DNA of 38,469 nucleotides from a virus. Lineage: Duplodnaviria > Caudoviricetes. Below are positions 17,205-26,800 of the stretch, one piece after another. Numbering within the stretch: position 1 is the stretch's first letter; the number at the start of each line of letters is the position of its first letter. The DNA is taken from positions 1 to 38,469 of the IMG/VR virus record IMGVR_UViG_3300027779_000068; one strand, written 5' to 3'. The notes under the pieces were generated by a model that saw nothing but the letters and a program-made list of their open reading frames with translations, was not told where the DNA came from and did no database searches. A program made the translations under genes and the position numbers.

Positions 17205-20200
17205 TTAGAGGACTCCAACCTCTATGTCTATGAATATGTAGTTTATTGGGAATGCAGGCTGGAACCTTAAGAAAACGTTCCACTGCCTTGGATCTACCTT
17301 ATCCCTTGAAACTTTAATGTTTTCAAAATTCGTAACAAGACCTTGGCTAACTAACGCTGACATAATTGATATAACCCTAGAGCCTATAACTCCTTGTGTG
17401 TTTTCATTTTCAACAGTCCCTATATACCCATCCAAACTATCTCTAAGAACCTGCTTAACTCTATCTCTAATGAAAACTACTGAAATTTCCTCATCTTCAA
17501 CATATCCGGTATTACTAGTTGTTCTTCCGGCCAGCACTCTTCCACCGCCAGTTACCGGCTGTAGAACTGTGGCTCCAACATTTCCAAGAGAATTTAGCCT
17601 AATCTGCCTATACACCTTATCTCTAAGTAGTGCAAATCCGGTAAGAACCTTTCTTGTTAGAGGTATTGCAACATTTTGTGTTCCGGATAGCCAACCTCCA
17701 GCTGCTGCCGCTATATAAAACCCATCAATGTTTGTATTTGTACCGTTAATGTTTCTAACGATAGAGTCTGGATAGAAATATACACATCTCTTGCTTATGT
17801 AATTATCGCTTAACTTAAAGTTAACCAAGTCTTCAACATTTCCGGCCAAGATCTCAGCGGCGGTATCTCCCTGAATTCCTTCAATAATTCCAATATCCTC
17901 AACTGCGATTTCAGACTCTCCAAGAAGTGCAGCAACCGTAACGCCCTGCTGAGCTCCAATTAGAGCTACCCTTTCCTTTCTGTTTGCAATAGTGCTCATC
18001 TGCTCACAATGTGTAACTGCGGCTCTAAAGATCTTAGACCTATTCTGAGTTGGGAGCGGAACAACTATCTGGCAGTCTTGAGCTTCAAGCTTTTCGAATG
18101 CATTAAACCAGTTTGTATCAAAAAGGTCAGCATCCTTCTGATCAATGTATGAGATCCTGATTCCATCGCCCTCTTTGATGGTTCCGCTGGTTGCTAAATC
18201 TTTGTGAAGAAGCAATGCAGCTCCAGTATTGGTAGTGTCAGCTTCATTCTTTAAGAACCACTTAACATCGACAAAGCTCGATGTTAAGACATCAGCCGTG
18301 CCAGTTCCGTGTCCGTAAACAACTACGGTATTATCATCCAACACCGAGTGAATCGTCATCTCATGGTCATCAAGTCCGGTTTGAGTCTGGATGGCAGATT
18401 CTGTAGTATACTTTGTTCCTTCGCCATCTGAAGTGTCCTCCACTTCAATAGACTGAAGTACAATAATGTCTCCAACATGACTTGAATCAAAGTTGAATTC
18501 AGTCGTTGAAAATGTACTTGTTTCATTTGCAACAGATGCGGTCGATGACCCTGTCAAAACGCCTTTAAACCCAGTTCCTAAGATCTGAACTCCGGTACTG
18601 ACGATAGTATAAGAATATGCATTATCTGAATCAGAAATCCAGTTCACCTGTGAAGTGTTTGTTTCATTTACTATTCCAGAGGCAAGTTGGGTGTTATAGA
18701 ATCCGTATTTATTTGGAAATATCTGTGTCTCAACTCCGCTTCTGACTACAAATATGTTAACCTCTGTATCTGTATCAGGCTTGCCGAGCCCAAGACCAGA
18801 GTTCGGTCTTGGTATTGGAAAGTAAAGATCATCTCTTTCTGCGTTTGTCCCAACCGAAACTTGAATCCCGCCATCTCCATTTGAGTCAACAGCCTCAAGA
18901 AGAGTCTCTGCTGTTCTTCTTGATATTGCAGGCTTACACTGAAGAGCCAAAATTCCAGGCGCTCCATTCTCAAAAGCCATTTGAGCTCCGAGAGCTAATG
19001 TATTTGTAGCACTTGGTGTGCCATGCTTTTTAAATAATTCTGAAGTACTTGTAAAAAATTCAGGATCGTTAAGATCTTCAGTAGCAATATATCTTGCCTC
19101 AAGCTCGTCACCATTTCTAAGCACTCTTGACTGAACCCTTAGCGTGAAGAAGTCACCAACCTCAAATGGCGTGGCGCCCTCTTTTACTGCAAACTCAAGA
19201 ACACCGTTTGTATCTAATAGATAATATGTTACACTCACCTGGGATAGCCCCATCTCAACATGAGTTCCGGCTCCAGCACTATTAAAAAGGATCGTTGCGG
19301 CTGAGACGCCCATTCCAAGGTATGCACCAGAAGAATCGCGTAGCCCATCCGATAACGAGGCAGTTGAGTCTGAATGATAACGAGCACCAGCAGAAGTCAT
19401 TCCGTTGTAGATAGACTCAAGGCCAACGGGGAATCCAGAGGAACTATCTCCGTACTTCTGAACTCTACAACGCCTAGATGATGTAACTGCAGTTATAGTG
19501 TATCTTCCCTCATTGACTCCGCTACTTATAATCAGAGTCTTTCCGACATCCGCAGAAGTAAAGGAATTTGTTGGAGCCGTAGCAACTTCGATACTGCCAC
19601 CAGTTAGATGATGTAGATCGCCATTATTATCCCCCTGTATAAACAAATTAGTTGCATGAATAAACCATATAAGATCAGCTTGCGTTTCCGCAAGAGCTCC
19701 CTCTTCTGTGGTTATTACAGACCTATCATTATCACTGTCAAACGTAATTGACTTAATTTTAGCTGGATTTGAGTAACCGCCATAGTCTGTTGCTGAAAAC
19801 TCATTAAACCATATGTAATCACCAGCTAATGCCTGACCATGTTTTACAAGATCGAATGCAGCAATGTATATAGTGTCAGTAGTCGTACCTACAGCTGATG
19901 TTGCAGTTTTTGCAGCAGAACCCGCAGAGGTTTCCGTCACCGCCCCGCTCGTCATACCTATTCCTGCCATAAAGTTGGTAGCAACCAAATATCCGTCTGC
20001 TACCGGGTCTTTAGTACCAGACATTGCTCCGTCTGCACCCGTTTGGCTTCCGGTATTGCTACTCCACGTATAAGGAACCCCGTTTGCGTCTCTTACAACA
20101 CCGGTGACCTCTCCTCTGACAGTAAAGGTGCTTTGCCCAGATATAACATTTCCGGCCGAATCGCGAACTGTGCCTACACACTTTGCGGTCCAATTTTCAG

Positions 20201-20735
20201 CAATCGCATTCGTATCTAAAATATTTATAAGATTTGTAGAGTCGACACCCCATGTTGTTCCCTGGTGAGCTACTACTCCATTTCCGGTATTTCCAGAGCT
20301 TGCTGAATATAGCTTTCCATCTAGGTCTGCCAAAGCTGCTTTTTGCATTTCAATAGCACCCTTCGAAACATCAAGTCTATAATCATATTTTGAATCGAAT
20401 CCGGACGCTCCCCACTTTCCAGTTGTAGAATCAACGGTCGCCTCTGTACCGTACAATAGGCTCTGATTCAACCTAAGCTCTGTCCTTCCCGACTCAACTG
20501 GCGCATTTGCAATCTTAAAAAATCTGCCATCGCCAGTTCCGGTTGGACTGTAAGTAATGTTACCATCCTTGCCACTTCCAAACGCGGAAGAGACCACTGT
20601 TTCTTCCTTAAGACCCTCGCCCAATACACATACAATGCGCAGTCCGCCAGGAATGGATACACCTCTAGATATAACCCTATCTCTAGCAAACACTCCGGGC
20701 TGTACATAACCTGAAATTCCTGGTATATTAGCCAT
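17205..20735 (-). CDS. Contractile tail sheath protein with large insertions, 1176 aa
   Basis: N-terminal YVQPGVF motif; C-terminal sheath core (HCEQMS...RKERVALIG, YIAAAAGG...IPLTRKVL, EISVVFIRDRV...LDGYIGT, VFLRFQPAFPINYIFIDIEV); GGAGG SD. Confidence 0.92.
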   Translation of the reverse strand: MANIPGISGYVQPGVFARDRVISRGVSIPGGLRIVCVLGEGLKEETVVSSAFGSGKDGNITYSPTGTGDGRFFKIANAPVESGRTELRLNQSLLYGTEATVDSTTGKWGASGFDSKYDYRLDVSKGAIEMQKAALADLDGKLYSASSGNTGNGVVAHQGTTWGVDSTNLINILDTNAIAENWTAKCVGTVRDSAGNVISGQSTFTVRGEVTGVVRDANGVPYTWSSNTGSQTGADGAMSGTKDPVADGYLVATNFMAGIGMTSGAVTETSAGSAAKTATSAVGTTTDTIYIAAFDLVKHGQALAGDYIWFNEFSATDYGGYSNPAKIKSITFDSDNDRSVITTEEGALAETQADLIWFIHATNLFIQGDNNGDLHHLTGGSIEVATAPTNSFTSADVGKTLIISSGVNEGRYTITAVTSSRRCRVQKYGDSSSGFPVGLESIYNGMTSAGARYHSDSTASLSDGLRDSSGAYLGMGVSAATILFNSAGAGTHVEMGLSQVSVTYYLLDTNGVLEFAVKEGATPFEVGDFFTLRVQSRVLRNGDELEARYIATEDLNDPEFFTSTSELFKKHGTPSATNTLALGAQMAFENGAPGILALQCKPAISRRTAETLLEAVDSNGDGGIQVSVGTNAERDDLYFPIPRPNSGLGLGKPDTDTEVNIFVVRSGVETQIFPNKYGFYNTQLASGIVNETNTSQVNWISDSDNAYSYTIVSTGVQILGTGFKGVLTGSSTASVANETSTFSTTEFNFDSSHVGDIIVLQSIEVEDTSDGEGTKYTTESAIQTQTGLDDHEMTIHSVLDDNTVVVYGHGTGTADVLTSSFVDVKWFLKNEADTTNTGAALLLHKDLATSGTIKEGDGIRISYIDQKDADLFDTNWFNAFEKLEAQDCQIVVPLPTQNRSKIFRAAVTHCEQMSTIANRKERVALIGAQQGVTVAALLGESEIAVEDIGIIEGIQGDTAAEILAGNVEDLVNFKLSDNYISKRCVYFYPDSIVRNINGTNTNIDGFYIAAAAGGWLSGTQNVAIPLTRKVLTGFALLRDKVYRQIRLNSLGNVGATVLQPVTGGGRVLAGRTTSNTGYVEDEEISVVFIRDRVKQVLRDSLDGYIGTVENENTQGVIGSRVISIMSALVSQGLVTNFENIKVSRDKVDPRQWNVFLRFQPAFPINYIFIDIEVGVL

Positions 20736-20776
20736 TTAGTTCCCTCCGAGTTTCCAATATCAATTCATTGATTATT

Positions 20777-20794
20777 ATTAGTAGTTTAATTATA
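20777..20794 (-). promoter_or_regulatory. Candidate promoter elements upstream of sheath gene
   Basis: TATAAT at 20794-20789 and TACTAAT at 20783-20777 in the 62-nt AT-rich gap; no canonical -35 seen. Confidence 0.3.
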
Positions 20795-20797
20795 TTC

Positions 20798-21607
20798 TCA
20801 TTTAATTTGTGTTTTTTCTAAAATATCACTGTAATTTAAGGCCGCAACGTCTGCTTGAGTTTTCTGTCCTGGAACAGGATGCCTGGTTGAATCAAAATAG
20901 AAAACTAATTTTTCAATAATAGAATCTAGTGGAATCTCAACCCTCCACTCAGAAAGCGTGCTCAGTGTAATATTCTGACTATAAACAAAATCATTAGCAT
21001 AAGGCTCCGCATTTTCTGCACCTATAGACAAAGATTTTATAAAAAGACCATTAGCCCTAAGATCTTGCCATAAAGAATACTGAAGAGCCATACTTGCAAT
21101 TTCAGTTAGCTCCTCCAATTCGGAATGACTTTCTGAATATATCATGATGTCGAAAGAAAGCTCCCACATCCCCGCATACACTCTGTGTGTCGGGGTCTTT
21201 ATTTTGCTTATAGAGCCGTAATTATTCTCAATAATGTCTTCCCTATGCTTCAATGTCATATTTTGATTGAATGACAAAGGCTTGTATGTACCGCCATTTG
21301 ACTTTACAACTATAGCTGGAAAAAATTTAACCTCATAACGATAAACATCACTTATTAAAATTTTTGTTGTTAGCACGGAGTCAACGTCCATACCAGTTAA
21401 GTTTGGTGTCAAAGGATACCCATACTTATCATCTCTATATGTAAATATAGAATCAGCTCTAAAGATATCTCTCATTGCCGATATTAAAAGATTTTTTGGC
21501 TGAACTATTGCAACATTTTGAATTATATTATGATCAGAAAAAAAGTTTGAGAAAACCCTGTGATCTCCACTTCCCGCAGCTCCGGGCAATGCTTGATTAT
21601 CCATCAT
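20798..21607 (-). CDS. Putative tail completion/terminator protein, 269 aa
   Basis: Directly upstream of sheath; FFPAIVV...WELSFDIMIYSESHSELEELTEIASMAL pattern resembles tail-terminator alpha/beta fold. Confidence 0.6.
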   Translation of the reverse strand: MMDNQALPGAAGSGDHRVFSNFFSDHNIIQNVAIVQPKNLLISAMRDIFRADSIFTYRDDKYGYPLTPNLTGMDVDSVLTTKILISDVYRYEVKFFPAIVVKSNGGTYKPLSFNQNMTLKHREDIIENNYGSISKIKTPTHRVYAGMWELSFDIMIYSESHSELEELTEIASMALQYSLWQDLRANGLFIKSLSIGAENAEPYANDFVYSQNITLSTLSEWRVEIPLDSIIEKLVFYFDSTRHPVPGQKTQADVAALNYSDILEKTQIK

Positions 21608-21612
21608 CTCTA

Positions 21613-21996
21613 TTACTCTTCCTTGTCACCAAGCTCGTCTTTCGAGCTTGTGGTTCTTTTCTTTCTAAAATGTAATGGGATATAACTAACATCTTCTATT
21701 TTCGAAGCTTGATCACAAAAGTTTTTAATTTCAGATATACAGCTGTCTAAATTTTTCTTATCATTTAAATCATCATTATTAATAACTATTCTTTTTTTTA
21801 TTAACAATTCTACAACCATGTCTCCAGTATTTTCAATAGGAGAACCAGAAATAATCTCAATTGAGGAGTTATCCGATAAAAACTTTATCCTTCTATTTAA
21901 ATCGTTTTTTAGGTAATTTGCTATATTTTTTATAGTTTTATTAACCTCATAACCTCGATCACCCTTGGAAGCTAAAAATTTAATAGTGAACATCAC
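21613..21996 (-). CDS. Hypothetical protein, 127 aa
   Basis: ORF fills the gap with a 4-nt ATGA overlap to the upstream gene; AT-rich; no motif recognised. Confidence 0.7.
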   Translation of the reverse strand: MMFTIKFLASKGDRGYEVNKTIKNIANYLKNDLNRRIKFLSDNSSIEIISGSPIENTGDMVVELLIKKRIVINNDDLNDKKNLDSCISEIKNFCDQASKIEDVSYIPLHFRKKRTTSSKDELGDKEE

Positions 21997-22469
21997 CTAA
22001 CCTCAAAAGTTTTTATCCCATTCTCAAGATTCACTGTTCTATTTATTGTTTTAAACCTAGAGTGTGAGTACTCCACACCATACTTTCCAGCGGGAAGTCT
22101 AACTTCCCAGTAACCATCAGCATTTGATATCTCGCTTTTTATCAAATCGCTGCTACTGTCATAAACGCTTATAGCTACATCTGGTATCGGAACCATATTA
22201 TTATCAACAATTCGGCCAAAAACTTTCACTGGACCTAAGACTAACTTATCAACACTTTCCGATCCTGTGGAGACACTAGTAGCAGCAACTGCAGAAGCCC
22301 TAGCAGAAGGTAATGCTATTGGCTTACTTGATGTCAATAGCTGAGACACCTTATTATTCAAATGTTTTATATTAGTGTCCACAATTTCAATTTTCTTATC
22401 AAGAAGATCTACCCTATCTACTAAAGCGTAGATAGCATCTATTGCCGACTGTTCCTTTGATTTAGCCAT
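21993..22469 (-). CDS. Coiled-coil plus carboxypeptidase-regulatory/prealbumin-like beta-sandwich protein (~158 aa)
   Basis: Heptad N-terminus (LVDRVDLLDKKIEIVDTNIKHLNNKVSQL), Ser/Ala linker, then GRIVDNNMVPIPDVAISVYD...SNADGYWEVRLPAGKYGVEYSH. ATG at 22469 preferred over TTG 22478 for AAGGG spacing. Confidence 0.7.
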   Translation of the reverse strand: MAKSKEQSAIDAIYALVDRVDLLDKKIEIVDTNIKHLNNKVSQLLTSSKPIALPSARASAVAATSVSTGSESVDKLVLGPVKVFGRIVDNNMVPIPDVAISVYDSSSDLIKSEISNADGYWEVRLPAGKYGVEYSHSRFKTINRTVNLENGIKTFEVR

Positions 22470-22585
22470 AATTAACAACCCTTGTTAGAATATTAATATT
22501 TATATAAATAAAAATTTATTATTACTCAACTATATGCACTTACTATTGTACCATGGTGCGCATGAGCTACTCTATACCAATTTTC

Positions 22586-25500
22586 TTAAAAATTCTGAAC
22601 ATCTTTAAATGGAATTCTTTTTTTAAATAATTTTTTCTTTACTAAGCTTAATTTATATACGACTTTTGACATTGGAATTCCTAATACCATTAGTAATTTT
22701 CCTAATCGATTGCCTTTATCTGTTGCTCCAACTTCATATGCCATTTGATAAGCCCATGGTATTGCTATCCATGAAACAATGTTTGTAAATACCTTTGATT
22801 TTTTCATTACGGATACTATTGGAGTTGCCCACATTCTATAACCATGCAATGCTTCCTTGTTGGACTTCTCCATAATTCTGCCAAAAAGTTTATCTGCCTC
22901 GTATATTGACTCATTCATCATGCCTTGTCTGAATAACTCTGAGCATATTACGGTATCGCTAATATGTTCGGCTGTAACATTGTCAACGGCCTCTCCAACG
23001 ACTATAGTGTTTGATGTTTCGGAACATCCAACTCCGAGCGATACTCTATACTTATTACCATCCTCTGTATCTGCCCTCCACCCATGCCCTGCACTTATCA
23101 TTCCGAAGAACCAGTCTCTGGGGTAATTATCTGTTCTGAAGTTAGGGATTCCGGGCCGGCTCCAGTGCTCAAATGACTCGACGGGAATGGATAAGGATTT
23201 ATCAGTTGGAATTTCTAAGTCTCCAGTTATTATAGGAAGATCCGTTATAATATTATTGCTAATTGTAGAGTATGTTAAAAGTCCCCCTACACATATTATT
23301 GACGCTCCACAGCCCATTCTTTTGAACCTACAATTACTCACCTCCAAGCCTCTAAATATTCTCCTGCTCCCGTCTGAATTCTTTACATCATCGTCAGAGA
23401 ACATTTTTGAATCATCAGTTGTGGACGGTTGTCTCATGAGGGTGACCATATATTCAAAGTCACATGCTGATCCGACTGAGTCATTTTGAGCATTCTCTGG
23501 TCCAATGAAACTTATGTTTTTAAAAATAAACCGTTCTGTCCCGACTTCTTTTTGTGCAATTGAAACTACAGAAGCAACCCCGCTAACAGACCCTCCACAA
23601 TCATACACAAAGTCCTTAAGCGTAACTCCATTAATTATCTTACTTGAATCTAAAGTGGAATAGGTGCCTAACTCTATATCTTCTGACTGCCCTATTATAA
23701 ATAATGATTTATATGCATTAGGTATATAATCGCTAACGCTTGAGAGTGAACATAATGATCGAAAAGAAGCACTTCTCTTTATTATAGTTGACGGACCAAC
23801 CCCGCTTATAGATATATCTTTATGTATCATTATTGGCTCATCTATATAATAAGTGCCTTCTTTTATGAGTATAGATGGTGTTGCGTTAAAACTGGAAAAC
23901 ATTTTATCAAACATCATCGCATATCTAACGGCGCTTTTTATATCTACAAAGTGACTAAATCTTGTATCGTTTGAAACTGTTATGTCTGAAATAATTTTAT
24001 AGTCAATATTATCTATAAAAAGTCTTAAATCATATATCGTTATTATGCTTGGAACAGACCCAAGTGTATCTACTTTTACTCTTGCTAAATGTGCAACATT
24101 CATATCTGAAAATGGAGATATTGAGCTAGATTCGTATCCCGTTATTATGCATCCATCTGAGTCCATTGCAACATAAAAGGTTCCTCCGGCGACTCTTTGA
24201 ATATAATCTTCTACGCCTTCAAACTCATACCTTATTCCGTTTACTATCGCAATACCCGCCGATACCGTAAATTTTGCAACATTGCCTATGGCATCACTAT
24301 CTATTAATACGCCGCTCACATTGCAGCCTCTTATTATTCCAGAGCCCCTAAGCTCATTTCTAGGGCCCTGTATATATCTTTCCAAGAATGTTTCACTGAT
24401 AATAGTATGGTCTATGGTTCCAGTAGTTCTCTTGTCCAAAACAACAGGAACTCCATTTTTATTCTCTGCAGATACTGTTGAGGTAGATATAACTCTCCCT
24501 ATTGATGTTGCGAATGCCCCCCTTGATAACGTTATTCCGCTATATGATGACTCGTTAAAACCATAGATTTCTGTAAATATAGTAGACGTTGGGGGAGAGG
24601 AGTGCTCAACCTGTAACACTATATATGACATTCTATCGGATGCGAATACTTTGTATAGACCATCTGCGCCTACCTGAACTGGAGGGCCAGAAGATACAAA
24701 CCCAGGTCCAGACAGGGTTGCGACATTAGAGCTACTCACAGAGATGGTGGCAACTTCATCGGATACTATAAAGTTCTTAGAAACATCAACAATAATCGCC
24801 CTAAAACCAGAGTCCGCAAGAATCCCGGACTGCTCAAGCCTTCTTCTGAACATTATATCATTATTTTCATCTATAAATACGTCAAACAATACGCTGCCGA
24901 CCGTTGGGGTCGGCCCAGATGATATCGGGCCAAGTTCATTAAACTCTAATTCGCTAATTGACGCACAGCATCTTATTACATGGACAATAGAGTTACCATC
25001 TAACTCTCCGGAGAAGGATCCTCCATCAAAATCGAGAGTTATTACCGACTGGGTAGCCTCTAGTATTCTGTATGTTCCATCATCTGACGGATCAGTGGAT
25101 TTTGTTATTATTACCAAATCTCCAGTTCTAATATTACTTGTAATAAAGTCAACGCCACTAGTTGAGCTTATAGTTAAATCTGCAGAGATTTGGACCTCAG
25201 AAGAGCTATATGACTTTATCTTTCCAAAACTAGATATGAGCAATCCGTTTATATGATATGCATTTCCGGTAGTTCCCTCAAATTCTTTGTCTAGAACGCT
25301 AAGCATTCCAAGCTCTGCTGTCCCATCATTAGACGTGCCGCTACTTATTTTAAGAGTTCTGTTTATTATATCAGAAGAATTATTCGGCATATTATGAGAT
25401 ATTGCAAGCTCATAACATCTTGACATTTTTATCTTATATGCCATTATATTTAAATGATTTTCTATAGAAAATTTATTTATTTTAGACACTATAGTATCTA

Positions 25501-26800
25501 AGGATTGAGAGCTATAATTAGAGTCATATACCTCTATTTGTACCTCTTCTTCACTGTCTATTGATATATTAAACGAGCCAGAATCTTCCGTAAGTGCAGA
25601 TGGGTTAACACCCCTTGTTATTATCGTAGCAGAATCTGGGCTTGAAACCTGAACATCTGGAGTGTTTGTCTTATTCCTTCTATATCTAACGGTGCAGTTC
25701 AAGCCATTTGAATTATATGATCTGTATATTCTTTTAGATATTGAGCCAAATATTCCCGCCTCACTTTCAGAGACTGGAGATCCATATACGTCCACATATA
25801 CAAGCTCACCGCTACCATTAAGTGAAAAGCTTTTTATTGAATATGATATATTGTTCTCATCAGTAGTTGAACCAGAAAGTATGAGTAAATCAAATTCACT
25901 AATAGACTCTATTGGTGTTGGGTTGTCTGTAAAATAAAATCTTGTAGTCGACTTTCCAGTAATAGCCTCGTAATTAACTTCAGATGATGAGATTATCTCT
26001 GATCCCACACCTAGATTTTCATAGCCGTCTATTACCGAACCAGACCTTATGATTCCATTAGAGTTTAGGTTAAGCGTATTATCCCTAAGGGCGACCCCTT
26101 CGAGATCTGCCATATCCTCTATAGCGCCCTGAACACTCTCTTTCTTTATTATATCTGAAACATTTGTATTATCAAAGAATACCTGATTGGCCTCATGAGA
26201 TCTATTTATAGAAGATATCGACTCCCCTGTATAGTTTATATGAGAAGAATACAAGCTGTTAATAAAGCTTTGAAGGTCTTGTTCTGTAAATGAAGTTGTG
26301 GCAGAGGAGCTTGATGAAAAATCGGTAGCCTCCTCTACGGTTATAGCCTTAGCCTTGTGTCTGTTTGTCGCCTCTGGATTAACATGAGTGGATAAGATAT
26401 AGTTTAGTTCATCAACTTTTGCAATTATAGATTCTATCTGTCTATTTAAAATAGATACTTCATCTTGCAAAAGCTGAGTCGGGAAGTCCAGCCTGAGCTT
26501 AGACTCCTGTATCGCAGCAACCTTAGATACATCAACATCAATAATGGGGCCAGACAATATGTTGGCCCTGTCCAATGCCTCTTTTTTAATATTACCTCTA
26601 TCGTCCAAAACTCTATTTAGACGATTAGACACGGTATTTCCAATTGACCCCTGAGGGTTGGTCCCGAGGGTCTTTTCAATTTGAAATATGGCTGACCTTA
26701 TGCTGTTTACAACATCAGAGCCTATTTCGGTTATATTGTCTCTTACATGCTGTATTTCTGCAGATGTATCTAATTTGTCTGGATATTTTGATTTCGACAT
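22586..26800 (-). CDS. Giant fibre/appendage protein B with pectate-lyase-like beta-helix and C-terminal 'VIC' helical domain, 1404 aa
   Basis: Paralog of 26800..32313; beta-helix entry motif HFVDIKSAVRYA...ILIKEGTYYIDEPI...ISISGVGPSTII; C-terminal VICSELFRQG...GYRMWATPIV; ATG overlaps upstream TAA (TAATG). Confidence 0.75.
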   Translation of the reverse strand: MSKSKYPDKLDTSAEIQHVRDNITEIGSDVVNSIRSAIFQIEKTLGTNPQGSIGNTVSNRLNRVLDDRGNIKKEALDRANILSGPIIDVDVSKVAAIQESKLRLDFPTQLLQDEVSILNRQIESIIAKVDELNYILSTHVNPEATNRHKAKAITVEEATDFSSSSSATTSFTEQDLQSFINSLYSSHINYTGESISSINRSHEANQVFFDNTNVSDIIKKESVQGAIEDMADLEGVALRDNTLNLNSNGIIRSGSVIDGYENLGVGSEIISSSEVNYEAITGKSTTRFYFTDNPTPIESISEFDLLILSGSTTDENNISYSIKSFSLNGSGELVYVDVYGSPVSESEAGIFGSISKRIYRSYNSNGLNCTVRYRRNKTNTPDVQVSSPDSATIITRGVNPSALTEDSGSFNISIDSEEEVQIEVYDSNYSSQSLDTIVSKINKFSIENHLNIMAYKIKMSRCYELAISHNMPNNSSDIINRTLKISSGTSNDGTAELGMLSVLDKEFEGTTGNAYHINGLLISSFGKIKSYSSSEVQISADLTISSTSGVDFITSNIRTGDLVIITKSTDPSDDGTYRILEATQSVITLDFDGGSFSGELDGNSIVHVIRCCASISELEFNELGPISSGPTPTVGSVLFDVFIDENNDIMFRRRLEQSGILADSGFRAIIVDVSKNFIVSDEVATISVSSSNVATLSGPGFVSSGPPVQVGADGLYKVFASDRMSYIVLQVEHSSPPTSTIFTEIYGFNESSYSGITLSRGAFATSIGRVISTSTVSAENKNGVPVVLDKRTTGTIDHTIISETFLERYIQGPRNELRGSGIIRGCNVSGVLIDSDAIGNVAKFTVSAGIAIVNGIRYEFEGVEDYIQRVAGGTFYVAMDSDGCIITGYESSSISPFSDMNVAHLARVKVDTLGSVPSIITIYDLRLFIDNIDYKIISDITVSNDTRFSHFVDIKSAVRYAMMFDKMFSSFNATPSILIKEGTYYIDEPIMIHKDISISGVGPSTIIKRSASFRSLCSLSSVSDYIPNAYKSLFIIGQSEDIELGTYSTLDSSKIINGVTLKDFVYDCGGSVSGVASVVSIAQKEVGTERFIFKNISFIGPENAQNDSVGSACDFEYMVTLMRQPSTTDDSKMFSDDDVKNSDGSRRIFRGLEVSNCRFKRMGCGASIICVGGLLTYSTISNNIITDLPIITGDLEIPTDKSLSIPVESFEHWSRPGIPNFRTDNYPRDWFFGMISAGHGWRADTEDGNKYRVSLGVGCSETSNTIVVGEAVDNVTAEHISDTVICSELFRQGMMNESIYEADKLFGRIMEKSNKEALHGYRMWATPIVSVMKKSKVFTNIVSWIAIPWAYQMAYEVGATDKGNRLGKLLMVLGIPMSKVVYKLSLVKKKLFKKRIPFKDVQNF
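26332..26596. repeat. Direct repeat copy 1 (within N-terminal region of fibre B)
   Basis: Ungapped manual alignment with 31845..32109: 27 mismatches in 265 nt (~90%), including a 43-nt exact match 26332..26374. Confidence 0.92.

Noticed and set aside
5720-20707. Short alternative-frame minus-strand ORFs (5720..5971, 6353..6565, 7013..7222, 18746..18973, 20468..20707)
   Set aside because: Fully nested in spike or sheath genes, with no supporting features.
17205-20735. Intein or intron as the cause of oversized sheath/hub genes
   Set aside because: No C/S...HN-C/S/T splice motifs, LAGLIDADG or HNH motifs, or frame breaks recognised.
22530-22585. tRNA-like TAGCTCA sequence on the minus strand of the intergenic gap
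   Set aside because: No acceptor stem, anticodon arm or TTCGA T-loop.
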